Below are positions 27,963-37,449 of a DNA stretch of 64,000 bases, one piece after another. Origin of the DNA: an uncultured bacterium. GTDB lineage: Bacteria > Patescibacteriota > Minisyncoccia > Phycocordibacterales > DATDWN01. The position numbers and the translations under genes were made by a program. Where the stretch lies: positions 133,273 through 197,272 of the forward strand of contig CAIOTC010000020.1 of NCBI GenBank assembly GCA_903861205.1, read 5' to 3'. The notes beneath the pieces are model-generated. The model ran no database searches, was not told the DNA's origin, and saw only the letters and a list, made by a program, of their open reading frames with translations. The stretch's first letter is position 1. The number at the start of each line of letters is the position of its first letter.

Positions 27963-28825
27963 AGTTTGTATTCACCAATTAGTCCTTGTGGTCTGTACAA
28001 CATCAATAATATCAAAATTAAGCCATATGTGACTTGTCGCATTTGGGCTGCAATATCGCTCGGAAATCCGACAAAACGTAATGCTTCTGGCAAAATAACC
28101 AGGCAAACCGCTCCTATAACAGCACCTTTATTGTTTGCCAGTCCACCGAGAATGATAATTGCCAAAATGAAAATTGATTCCGAAAGTGCAAAACTTGTTG
28201 GATCAACATATGTGATATAGGATGCAAAAAGTGCACCAGCTATAGACGCAATCATCGCTCCGATAACAAAAATTGTCAGTTTGAAAAACAGCGTGTTGTA
28301 TCCGAAAACTTCAATGGCTTTTTCATCTTCTCGTATGGCTTTGAGCACTCTGCCGAAAGACGAACGGGTGATAAATTGTGAAATAAAGTAAACAAGCAAC
28401 GCGAACACTGCAACCATAATCAGAAAATAAAAGTTATTGCTGAAATCAATATTAAACAAAACTGGCTTTGCGATTCCTGGAATGCCAAGCGGTCCTCGTG
28501 TCAAAGATTGCCAGTTCAAAAATATGCTGTAAACAATAATGTTGAAGCCAAACGAACCGAGAGCAAAATAATCGCCATCAAATTTGGAAAGAACATAGCC
28601 GATGGCCAAACTGACGACACCTGTGATTATCATTCCAATAACAATCGACAGAAAAAAGTTCATGCCGAACGAAGTCAGAAGGATGGCTGTGACATACGCC
28701 CCGATTCCATAAAATGCCGCTTGCGTGATGGAGAGTAGTCCTGTGTAGCCAACGATAAGGTTAAGCGATAATGCCAGTATCGAGTAAATTCCTATTAGGA
28801 TTGCAATGTGTACGAAGTAGTCCAT
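27959..28825 (-). CDS. livM: branched-chain amino acid ABC transporter permease LivM
   Basis: Polytopic permease adjacent to livG with a 4-nt overlap. Confidence 0.8.
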   Translation of the reverse strand: MDYFVHIAILIGIYSILALSLNLIVGYTGLLSITQAAFYGIGAYVTAILLTSFGMNFFLSIVIGMIITGVVSLAIGYVLSKFDGDYFALGSFGFNIIVYSIFLNWQSLTRGPLGIPGIAKPVLFNIDFSNNFYFLIMVAVFALLVYFISQFITRSSFGRVLKAIREDEKAIEVFGYNTLFFKLTIFVIGAMIASIAGALFASYITYVDPTSFALSESIFILAIIILGGLANNKGAVIGAVCLVILPEALRFVGFPSDIAAQMRQVTYGLILILLMLYRPQGLIGEYKL

Positions 28826-28826
28826 G

Positions 28827-29696
28827 TTATTGTTTTTTGCCTAAAATTCCGTTTGGTCTAAACAAAAGGAAAAGTATGAGCACACCGAAAGAAATTGCGT
28901 CTTTCCATTCACCAGATATTTTCCAAATGCCAAAGTTTTCGATAAAGCCGAGCAGAAACGCTCCGATAACTCCGCCATAAATATTGCCAACCCCACCAAT
29001 AATAGAAGCAATCACACCTTTCAGTAGCAGAGAGAAACCCATTGTCGGCTCTATGCCAGTGTCAAAGCCAACTAGGATGCCAGCCAGCCCAGCGATGCAT
29101 GATCCAATGAAAAATACTTTGCTGATAATTCCGTCAGTGTTAATACCAACCATTTTAGCCACTTCAGAATCGTCCGAAACCGCTTTTATTGCTTTGCCAA
29201 ATTTTGTAAATCGTAAAGTCAGGACTAGTCCAAACATGATCAAAATACTGGGTGCAAGTGCAATGAGTTGAACACCAGTAATAACACCGCCGAATATTTG
29301 AAATGTTTGTGTGCTTATGGTTGCAGGAAAAACTTGGAACTGGCTTGAAAACAAAATTGCGATTATCGCCTGTAGTGTGGTCATAACTCCGAGAGCCGCA
29401 ACCATAAAGACCATGCTCGATGCTTTTCTGGCTCGCAGTTTTTTGTAGACCGCTTTTTCAACCAAATATCCGACAAGTCCAGCAATTAAAACTCCGAGCA
29501 AAATGCTGATATAAATATCAAAGCCAAGTGTTCTGGAAAAATAAAAAACGGCATACCCACCAACAGCCGTCAGTACGCCATATCCGAGATCGAAGAATTT
29601 TGCGGTCCCGTAGATGAGGTTGAAACCCAAAGCAACCATTGAGTAAATAGCCCCTGCGATAATACTATTTACTATGAGTTGCGGAATAATGTCCAT
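28827..29696 (-). CDS. livH: branched-chain amino acid ABC transporter permease LivH
   Basis: Polytopic permease, LivH-like. Confidence 0.8.
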   Translation of the reverse strand: MDIIPQLIVNSIIAGAIYSMVALGFNLIYGTAKFFDLGYGVLTAVGGYAVFYFSRTLGFDIYISILLGVLIAGLVGYLVEKAVYKKLRARKASSMVFMVAALGVMTTLQAIIAILFSSQFQVFPATISTQTFQIFGGVITGVQLIALAPSILIMFGLVLTLRFTKFGKAIKAVSDDSEVAKMVGINTDGIISKVFFIGSCIAGLAGILVGFDTGIEPTMGFSLLLKGVIASIIGGVGNIYGGVIGAFLLGFIENFGIWKISGEWKDAISFGVLILFLLFRPNGILGKKQ

Positions 29697-29756
29697 GTGT
29701 ATTTATTATGACATTTTATACAAAATATGTGTAGTGTCATGGATTTAAAGCGACCA

Positions 29757-29785
29757 TTGACATAGCTTATGTAAAGGTGTATAAT
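29757..29785 (+). promoter_or_regulatory. consensus promoter TTGACA-N17-TATAAT, shares the GTGTATAATAGA -10 region with the promoter at 24608
   Basis: cattgacatagcttatgtaaaggtgtataatagaaa followed by an AAGGAGA SD. Confidence 0.55.
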
Positions 29786-29822
29786 AGAAAGTAGAAAAGT
29801 TCAATTTCAAGGAGAATACACA

Positions 29823-30674
29823 ATGAAGATTTTGGCTGAAGAAGGAATCGCTAATACTCTGGGAACCATGTTCTCGGATCTCAACAACAAAGACTTCTAC
29901 ATTGTCCAACTGGAACCAGCGGGTTCTGGCTACAACAGGCAGGACATCCACGGCCTCGACACAACACTCGAAATTGTCGACAAAGGTCTTCCGATCGTCA
30001 TGCTCGGCTGGCTTACACCAGCCATGTACATCGACAAGAAATCCGAGAAGTGGTTTGCGGCGACGGGTTATCCGAATGTGATATTCCTTCGATTACCCGC
30101 AACTTCGGAAGAAGTACTTGCTGCAATCGAGATGGTGAAGACCAGCAACCGCCCCTCTGATCCTCTGGCGATTGCTTTACTCGGCGTTGCTCAAACGAAC
30201 AGCGATATTGGAATTCTGCACCATGACCTCTATTCCGCTGAACGGGATGCTGATCGTATGACGCAGTGGGAAAAGAGGGCACGAAAAGTTTTCGGCGACA
30301 AGAATCAAGCCGAACTCATCTCGCTCGTCATGGAAGCTGCACCGACGCGAAACTCTTCCAGCAAGCTTGCTGGACAGAAATTCCCCGATGTCTGCATTGA
30401 TGTTGAGGGAACAATCCTGACCACTGACGGCCAGATCCGCTCCGAGGTTATCACCATGGCTGAAGAAAAAGCTGACGGCGGTCCGATCACGGTGTGGACT
30501 GGTGGCGACATCCACATACTCTCACAGCAACTTCGCAAAGCTGGCATTCTCTATAAAATCATTTCGAAAGAGATGATGCGAGGTGCCACAGTTCGAGTGG
30601 TGATCGACGACCAACCCGAAGTCGCCTTCAAAAGTGAGTATGGAATCGATTGCGAAGAGTATATTCAAGTCTAG
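29823..30674 (+). CDS. hypothetical protein (283 aa; C-terminal HAD-like DVEGT motif is weak), inserted opposite to the liv operon
   Basis: Own promoter, SD and terminator; GC about 50 % versus about 40 % in the surroundings. Confidence 0.45.
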   Translation: MKILAEEGIANTLGTMFSDLNNKDFYIVQLEPAGSGYNRQDIHGLDTTLEIVDKGLPIVMLGWLTPAMYIDKKSEKWFAATGYPNVIFLRLPATSEEVLAAIEMVKTSNRPSDPLAIALLGVAQTNSDIGILHHDLYSAERDADRMTQWEKRARKVFGDKNQAELISLVMEAAPTRNSSSKLAGQKFPDVCIDVEGTILTTDGQIRSEVITMAEEKADGGPITVWTGGDIHILSQQLRKAGILYKIISKEMMRGATVRVVIDDQPEVAFKSEYGIDCEEYIQV

Positions 30675-30697
30675 AGTTCGTTTCGACGGACTAAAGC

Positions 30698-30735
30698 AAA
30701 GCCCCCAGTTTTTTGCTGAGGGCTTTTTCTTTTAA
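30698..30735 (+). terminator. intrinsic terminator aaagcccccag-ttttttg-ctgagggcttttt
   Basis: Imperfect 10-bp stem + U-tract right after the 29823..30674 stop. Confidence 0.45.
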
Positions 30736-31817
30736 TATACTGCTTTCACGTACTGCTGATTTTTTGCCATCTGAAGTTCAAGCTGATACACGACAGTATG
30801 ATCCTGCAAAAAACTGAAATTGCCGATTGCTGGATTTGTGTATGTGTAATTGAAAACTGCTGTTGTCACATCTTTTCCAGGATTGGCTTCCATAGCTTTG
30901 ACTACATAAGTAGTCATGTCATAACCGAGAGCGGAAACATAGTCGGGAGCTTTGTTGTATTTTGCCGTATACATTGCTGTGTAATTAGCGGAGAATTGAC
31001 TTGGTGCGATGCCAGGAGCAAATGTTCCTTCCGCAAATGTGCCAAACTGCTGCAAGTTTTTGTTATCAACATCGATAAAAGTAATCGCGGTCTCTTTGTA
31101 GCCGAGCTGTCGCAACTCTTTCACTATTTCCAATGCGTCAGTTGGGTTGTCCATCGTCACAAACACCGCATCCGCTTTGCTTGCCACTATTTTCGTAGCG
31201 AAGGTCCTATAGTCACCAGCAGAACTTGGTGCAAGATCGTTATAAACAACAGTGTAGCCAGCAGTTGTTGCCTTTCTTACCATTCCATCACGAGATTGAA
31301 TGCCAAAATCGCTGTTTGCGTCAATCAGTGCCATTGTTTTGATTACTTTCTTTTGAATCATTGGCACAACAGTATCGAGCTGTTTGTCAGCATTCGGATA
31401 ACCACAGAAAACATTTGTCAACGGTTTGAACGAATCGCTACAGAACGAAAAGGAAAATACATCTTTATTTGCTTTCAAAGCCAGCGGAGCAACAGCAATT
31501 GTTTCGTCAGGAGAATATGTACCAATGATCACATCGACTTTATCAACATTCAAAAGTTTTGAAGCGGCGGACACTGCATCCGTTGGTTTTGAGTGACTAT
31601 CCTCAATAACAAACTGCACACCATCCTTTTCCAGTTGAGCTTGTGCTAACTGTTCACCTTGATACAACTTTTCTCCCGTGATGGAGAGATCACCAGTAAG
31701 TGGCAAGATGACACCAATCTTCAAACCTGATGGACTTGTTGGTTTGGAATTTTTGAAAAGAAAAAATCCACCAACAACCACTAAAACAACGACCACCGCA
31801 ATGACTATTTTTTTCAT
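30732..31817 (-). CDS. livJ: branched-chain amino acid ABC transporter substrate-binding protein (LivJ/LivK-like)
   Basis: N-terminal TM/signal, type-I periplasmic binding fold motifs, operon position. Confidence 0.78.
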   Translation of the reverse strand: MKKIVIAVVVVLVVVGGFFLFKNSKPTSPSGLKIGVILPLTGDLSITGEKLYQGEQLAQAQLEKDGVQFVIEDSHSKPTDAVSAASKLLNVDKVDVIIGTYSPDETIAVAPLALKANKDVFSFSFCSDSFKPLTNVFCGYPNADKQLDTVVPMIQKKVIKTMALIDANSDFGIQSRDGMVRKATTAGYTVVYNDLAPSSAGDYRTFATKIVASKADAVFVTMDNPTDALEIVKELRQLGYKETAITFIDVDNKNLQQFGTFAEGTFAPGIAPSQFSANYTAMYTAKYNKAPDYVSALGYDMTTYVVKAMEANPGKDVTTAVFNYTYTNPAIGNFSFLQDHTVVYQLELQMAKNQQYVKAVY

Positions 31818-32411
31818 AAAAATTGATTATTAATAATTTGTAAAATCTGCCATATATTGTAGCAAAATTGTGGTCCGAATATCAAATAGTCGTATCAGTG
31901 CCAAAATTCCAATTCTCCCCTTTTAGAAAACCATAATCCACTCCCCTTTTCATAGGATTTGGAATTTGGACAGTAAATTCAAATGGAATCTGTTTGAAAC
32001 AGTTTTTCAGGCAATCACGGCTAACTTTGGCGTGTTGTCTTGCGTTCGCCCCATTCCAAGATTTAAAGATGCCATGACATAACTATGGCTTTTTTCCACC
32101 TAAAATTCAAGTTCATGTCCTCATTTTGCATTTATTTTTTGGAGGGCTTTTTATCATATTCAGCTAAAGCTGACCATGTCTTTGAATAATAAGAGATCAG
32201 ATCAACAGTATTTTTGCCATATGATTTTATTTTTTTATTTTTCTTTTCTTTCATACTCCCAGTATAATAAATTTTTGAAAAAAAGAAAGCCTCCAGCTTG
32301 TCTTGCGAAACCTTGCGGCAAAGTTTAAAAAAATAAGCGGCTCTAGCCGTACTCTTGTTGGGCGGCTTGTTTTATGTCCTTTTTTGTTATAGCATTGCCA
32401 CCGGAGGCCAC

Positions 32412-32933
32412 ATGCCGAAAGAAGCCATAAGTATATTGGTTCATGATTACAAAGTGAGATTTGGTGGACATGGAGAAAAACCTCATGTCATTATCACTCT
32501 GAACAAAAACGAACCTCAGAATATAAAACTTCTGATCGCCGAATTTACGCTTGGAATGGCCAACGGCCAAACCACAACCAAAATCGCTTTCTCAACCGAC
32601 GGGCTTTTGACGGACAGCGTCGAAAAACTTTCCGTGGTTGTGTCTATCCAGTGTGATGCCACGGAGTATCAAAAAAGAAGTCTCAATATAACTGGCGACG
32701 CAATGGCTGTGTGTTGCATCAGTTCTCAACATCCAGCAAACCTAGTTCGTGCCTTGTACCAAAGTTGTCAGCGTATGATACAGGCAGAGAGTAAAATTCC
32801 TGTGATCATTACAAACCACAAGGAAAAAGCAATCTGTGTTCTCGCTGCCAGTAAAGTATCCGAATTTTCCTGGAAAGATCACTGGCGAGAAATGGAACTT
32901 GCTCGTCACACTGGAAACGAGACCATTAATTGA
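32412..32933 (+). CDS. hypothetical protein
   Basis: GGAGG SD 7 nt upstream of the ATG at 32412; no recognisable domain. Confidence 0.35.
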   Translation: MPKEAISILVHDYKVRFGGHGEKPHVIITLNKNEPQNIKLLIAEFTLGMANGQTTTKIAFSTDGLLTDSVEKLSVVVSIQCDATEYQKRSLNITGDAMAVCCISSQHPANLVRALYQSCQRMIQAESKIPVIITNHKEKAICVLAASKVSEFSWKDHWREMELARHTGNETIN

Positions 32934-33084
32934 AGTTTCTTCGTTAGATCAAAACGCAGTATCGCTCTAGCTTCGGTCAGAGCGATTTTTTTATATTTAT
33001 CCAATAAAATTTTCCATCCCAAACCCACTTCTTTTCAAAACCATTTCAGCATGTTCTAAAAATTTGGTAGCGCTGCCGTGACTA

Positions 33085-33780
33085 TTAATGTCCAGCTAAT
33101 AATATTTTAATGTGGTCGAGGACGTTTTGGGAAGCAGATTGGTAGTCGGAAACAGAGAGTCCCCGCAAGAATGGTTCTTGCGGAAAAAGTTCTTGTGGAA
33201 AAATTGGTTTGCCGATTGTTATGATTACTTTTCTTTGGCGGGTAAAAAATTCTCTCCAGGACATGTGGAAAAATGTATCGATAGCAATGGGCACGACCGT
33301 GGCCTGCGTGGCGTGTGCCAAAAATCCGAGGCCCCCGCGAGCCGGATTCATGTGGCCGTCGCGCGTACATTTACCCTCCGGAAAAATTTGGACAGTACTT
33401 CCTGATTTTAAAGCTACGACAAAATCTGCCAAAGAAACGGAATAATCTTTATACCCGGAATAAACAGAATATCCGCCAAGCACGCTAAAAAAAGCTCCGC
33501 CGTATATGTATCCTCTCCAGCCTATCGTTTTATATTTTTCTTTTGGTTTGGCGACATAATAAATTGGCCACATTGGTGAAAAAAAAGGCAATACCTGCGG
33601 CATCGCCGTTACATCTAGCTCACATGTATGATTTGAAGCCAAAATTATCGGTCCGGTCAAACCTAAAAGATTTTCTCGCCCGCGAATTTCAATGCGAACG
33701 AATATTTTGTACAAAATAAAAAAAACAACATAACCGATTTTCTGAAAAATTATTGGGGAATAATAATGGAAAGATCTCAT
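33085..33780 (-). CDS. plsC: 1-acyl-sn-glycerol-3-phosphate acyltransferase
   Basis: NHTCELD (HxxxxD) and IFPEGKCTRDG motifs. Confidence 0.8.
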   Translation of the reverse strand: MRSFHYYSPIIFQKIGYVVFFILYKIFVRIEIRGRENLLGLTGPIILASNHTCELDVTAMPQVLPFFSPMWPIYYVAKPKEKYKTIGWRGYIYGGAFFSVLGGYSVYSGYKDYSVSLADFVVALKSGSTVQIFPEGKCTRDGHMNPARGGLGFLAHATQATVVPIAIDTFFHMSWREFFTRQRKVIITIGKPIFPQELFPQEPFLRGLSVSDYQSASQNVLDHIKILLAGH

Positions 33781-33874
33781 TAAATTTTTAATTTTTAATT
33801 TAAAATGGATTTTTAAATTTAAAAATTAATAATTGAAAATTCATTTTAAATTTTAAATTCTAAATTTTAAATTA
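33781..33874. repeat. AT-rich intergenic repeat, copy 2
   Basis: Same motif set; sits between plsC and the MacB permease. Confidence 0.55.
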
Positions 33875-35125
33875 TTATTCGTAGCGGAGCGCTTCTATCG
33901 GATCCATCTTTGCTGCCGAGCGTGCCGGAAAAACTCCGAAAAATATTCCGATGACGGCCGAAACACCGAAGCCCAAAACGATAGCATAAAACGGCACGGA
34001 AAATGCCCAGGCCAAATGGGCCGAGGCGGCGGCAATGGAAACCACCCAGCCCAGGAACGCGCCGAAAGCGATGCCAACAATCCCGCCAAAAATTGTCACC
34101 AAAACAGCTTCAAGCAAAAATTCGTTCAAAATGTCCGCTTCTCGCGCGCCAAGCGCTTTTTTGAGTCCGATTTCGGACGTGCGCTCGGTCACCACCACGT
34201 ACATGATGTTCATAATCCCAACTCCGCCGACCAAGAGCGAGATGGCCGCGATGGCGATGAGTAGATACGTGATACCGTTAAAAATGGTGTTAAACGTGTC
34301 CATGGCTTGTGCTTGCGATTGCACGACAAAGTCGTCTTTGGCCGGATCGGTGATGTTGTGATTGTGCTCCATGAGTGAATTTATTTGGGCGATGGTCGAA
34401 TCGGCCGCGTTCAAATCGGACAGTTCCACGATGCCAACTGAAATGTAATCGATGCCGAGCATTTTTCTCTGGGCCGTAACAAGTGGCATAAAAACAATGT
34501 TGTCCGACTCGGAAAGCGCGCCCTGCGTTTCGTAAACGCCGACCACTTGAAAATTTAAATTGCCGAGACGCAAAAGTTTGCCGATCGGATCGTCCTGACC
34601 AAAAAGATCCTTAGCGATCGTAGCCCCGAGAATCACCACTTGCGCGCCACCGGTATCCTCGGCTTGCGTGTAAAAGCGACCCTCGGCTAATTTGGTTTTG
34701 TCGATGTTGAAACGCTCAGCCGACGCGCCGTAATAAATAGTGCTTTTTTTGTTATCGCGATAACTGGCAAGGGCTTGCCCGGTAACAATGCCGTAGTCGT
34801 CAACCACACCGGAAAGTTTTTTGATATCGTCGAGATCGCGCTGTTTGAAACTGCTCACAACCACGCCGGAAAAAGCCGAGGAGAGGCCGGCTTGCGAAGC
34901 CGAGGCGGCCCGATTTTTGGTCGTTGGCGGAACGCGAATTTTGATGAAAAGCGTGTTACTGCCGAAAGCTTCGACTTGCGCGTTGATGAGCGAACGGAAG
35001 CCGGCGCCGGCCGAGAGCACTAAAATAACCGTGCTGATGCCAATGATAATCCCGAGCATGGTCAAAGCCGTCCGACCGGGATTCGAACGCAAGGCTTTGA
35101 TGGATTGTTTCAAGGCGGTAAGCAT
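33875..35125 (-). CDS. ABC transporter permease, MacB/FtsX family
   Basis: N-terminal TM, large periplasmic domain, C-terminal FtsX 3-TM bundle. Confidence 0.85.
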   Translation of the reverse strand: MLTALKQSIKALRSNPGRTALTMLGIIIGISTVILVLSAGAGFRSLINAQVEAFGSNTLFIKIRVPPTTKNRAASASQAGLSSAFSGVVVSSFKQRDLDDIKKLSGVVDDYGIVTGQALASYRDNKKSTIYYGASAERFNIDKTKLAEGRFYTQAEDTGGAQVVILGATIAKDLFGQDDPIGKLLRLGNLNFQVVGVYETQGALSESDNIVFMPLVTAQRKMLGIDYISVGIVELSDLNAADSTIAQINSLMEHNHNITDPAKDDFVVQSQAQAMDTFNTIFNGITYLLIAIAAISLLVGGVGIMNIMYVVVTERTSEIGLKKALGAREADILNEFLLEAVLVTIFGGIVGIAFGAFLGWVVSIAAASAHLAWAFSVPFYAIVLGFGVSAVIGIFFGVFPARSAAKMDPIEALRYE

Positions 35126-35216
35126 GGTGGAAAATTTTTAATTTTTAATTTAAAATTTTTAATGAATTTTTAAATTAAAATTTGATCATTGCAAATTCAT
35201 TTTAAATTTTAAATTG
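35126..35216. repeat. AT-rich intergenic repeat, copy 3
   Basis: Between the two tandem permease genes. Confidence 0.55.
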
Positions 35217-36488
35217 TTATTCATATCTCAGTGCCTCAATCGGATCGAGTTTCGCCGCTTTGTACGACGGATACAAACCGAAAATAACGCCTGTCAAAAT
35301 GGAAACCCCGACAGCAGAAATAATCGACATTGGCGAAATAACAAAAGCCCAATCGTAACCGAGATATTGCATCAAAATGGCCATGAGGAAAGAAACAATC
35401 GCGCCGAGAACAATTCCGATGAATCCTCCGATCGATGTCAGTGTGCCGGCCTCGAGCAAAAATTGGTTTCGGACATTTGAATTCGTCGCGCCAACCGCTT
35501 TGCGCAAACCGATCTCGCGTGTTCTCTCGGCCACCGTCACCAGCATAATATTGAGAATGCCGATACCGCCGACGAGAAGCGCGATGGCCGCCATCGACGT
35601 CAAAAATAAACTCAAAGCCGAGGTGATGGTGGTGAGCAGCGAAACCGCCGTGGCCGTACTGCGCACAGTAAAATCGATATTGTCGATACTTTGAATGTGA
35701 TGTGTCTGCGACAAAACTCTGGTAACGTCGGCAATAGTTTGATCGATATTTTCCGAGGCATCAACTTTCAAATTGATGGCTTGCAAATAATGGATGCCGA
35801 GAAGCTGTCCTTGGCCAATGGCTATTGGCAAAAAAACTTGGTCGTCTTGGTCCTGGAAAAAAACTGTACCGCGAGGAGTGACCACGCCGACAACGCGCAG
35901 TGGAACTCCGCCGGGTTGCGACTGCGAAGCACTGCGAACTTTGACCACTTGTCCAATCGGATCAACACCGGTGCCGGCGAAAAGTTCGTTGGCCACCGTT
36001 GAACCGAGCACGACAACATTGGCTCCCCCGTCAGCGTCTTGCGGCGCCATGAATTGGCCTTCTTGCATCGTAATATTGACCACTTTGGTGTAACCGGAAT
36101 CGGTCCCGACGAAATTTGTGTCCGCGGTTTTGTTTTGCCAAGCCACGGTCACCGTTCCGCGCACCAAGGAGTTGACCGCGACTGAATGCGGAACATTTGT
36201 CGGACTACGCAGAGCGTCGGCGTCAGTGTTAACAAGCGAGGTTGTAATAATTCCGTAAACTTGCGCCGGCGGACCTTTCGGATCGCTCGCGCCCGGTTGG
36301 ATGGAAAGTAAATTCGAACCAAGCTTGTTGACCTGACCAAGCACCAGAGTCTGCGCTCCGGCGCCGAGAGAAATGATAATAATAACTCCAGCCACCCCAA
36401 TAACAATACCGAGCATGGTCAAAAACGACCGGCCCTTGCGCGCCATTAAATTGCGAATGGTCATTTTGATGGTGGAAAGAAAGTTCAT
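35217..36488 (-). CDS. ABC transporter permease, MacB/FtsX family (tandem paralog)
   Basis: Same architecture as 33875..35125; C-terminus KLDPIEALRYE shared. Confidence 0.85.
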   Translation of the reverse strand: MNFLSTIKMTIRNLMARKGRSFLTMLGIVIGVAGVIIIISLGAGAQTLVLGQVNKLGSNLLSIQPGASDPKGPPAQVYGIITTSLVNTDADALRSPTNVPHSVAVNSLVRGTVTVAWQNKTADTNFVGTDSGYTKVVNITMQEGQFMAPQDADGGANVVVLGSTVANELFAGTGVDPIGQVVKVRSASQSQPGGVPLRVVGVVTPRGTVFFQDQDDQVFLPIAIGQGQLLGIHYLQAINLKVDASENIDQTIADVTRVLSQTHHIQSIDNIDFTVRSTATAVSLLTTITSALSLFLTSMAAIALLVGGIGILNIMLVTVAERTREIGLRKAVGATNSNVRNQFLLEAGTLTSIGGFIGIVLGAIVSFLMAILMQYLGYDWAFVISPMSIISAVGVSILTGVIFGLYPSYKAAKLDPIEALRYE

Positions 36489-36605
36489 AAATACAAATTT
36501 TTAATTTAAAATTTAGAATTTAGAATGAATTTAAAATGACAAAATTTAAAAATTTAAAATTCTAAATTTATTTTAAATTATAAATTCTAAATTTTAAATT
36601 GTATT
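36489..36605. repeat. AT-rich intergenic repeat, copy 4
   Basis: Between the permease and the ABC ATPase. Confidence 0.55.
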
Positions 36606-37322
36606 TTACTTCTTCAACACTCCATCAGCCGTGGCGATTGTGCGCTTGGTCACTTTTTCATCGCCGACAATCATGCCGTCTTTGATGTGAATGATGCGTT
36701 TGGCGTGATTGGCCGTGTCCATTTCGTGAGTGACCAATATAATAGTGTGTCCTTTGTTGTTGAGCTCCTGCAAAATGGACAACACGGAATTGCCGGATTT
36801 CGAATCAAGATTTCCTGTCGGTTCGTCGGCAAAAATAACGGCCGGGTCGCACACGAGAGCGCGAGCGATGGCCACGCGCTGTTTTTCGCCGCCGGAAATT
36901 TGGTTGGTGAAAAATTCCAAACGATGCGACAGCCCGACAGCCGCCAGCGCTTTTTTGGCCAAGTCTTCCTGGTTTAATTTTTTGCTGTAAATGAGTGGCA
37001 ACCGGACGTTGTCAAGAACTGTCGTGCGTGGTAAAAGGTTGAACGATTGGAAAACGAAACCAATACGCTCGTTGCGGAGTTTGGCCAAATAATCTTTGTC
37101 GAAATTTTTGGTGTCGCGGCCTTCAAACTCAAAAAGTCCGGATGTCGGCCGATCGAGAAAACTCAAAATGTGCATCAAGGTCGATTTGCCGGATCCGGAC
37201 GGTCCCATGATGGCCACGAATTCACCGAGCTCCATGTTGAAATCGACGCCGTGCAAAACCGGAGTCAAAACTCCTTCGTTCTCGTAATCCTTTTTCAGAT
37301 TTTCTACGTGGATTAAACTCAT
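36606..37322 (-). CDS. ABC transporter ATP-binding protein (MacB/LolD-type)
   Basis: [39 protein letters not shown]. Confidence 0.9.
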   Translation of the reverse strand: MSLIHVENLKKDYENEGVLTPVLHGVDFNMELGEFVAIMGPSGSGKSTLMHILSFLDRPTSGLFEFEGRDTKNFDKDYLAKLRNERIGFVFQSFNLLPRTTVLDNVRLPLIYSKKLNQEDLAKKALAAVGLSHRLEFFTNQISGGEKQRVAIARALVCDPAVIFADEPTGNLDSKSGNSVLSILQELNNKGHTIILVTHEMDTANHAKRIIHIKDGMIVGDEKVTKRTIATADGVLKK

Positions 37323-37449
37323 AAGTATACTAATCTGCGAATAATTCTCCCTTTCCTAAAGGGAGTGGCCGAAGGCCGAGGGATTTTTTAATTTCAAAAT
37401 CCTCCGCCCTGCGGGCACCTCCTTTAAAAAAGGAGGAGTGATGCTGTGT

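Noticed and set aside
30798-31562. 254-aa plus-strand ORF
   Set aside because: Antisense to the livJ-like substrate-binding protein gene. Cys/His-rich nonsense translation.
35070-35095. tRNA T-arm-like string GTTCGAATCCCGGTC (reverse strand)
   Set aside because: It lies inside the MacB permease coding sequence with no acceptor or anticodon arms around it. Coincidental.
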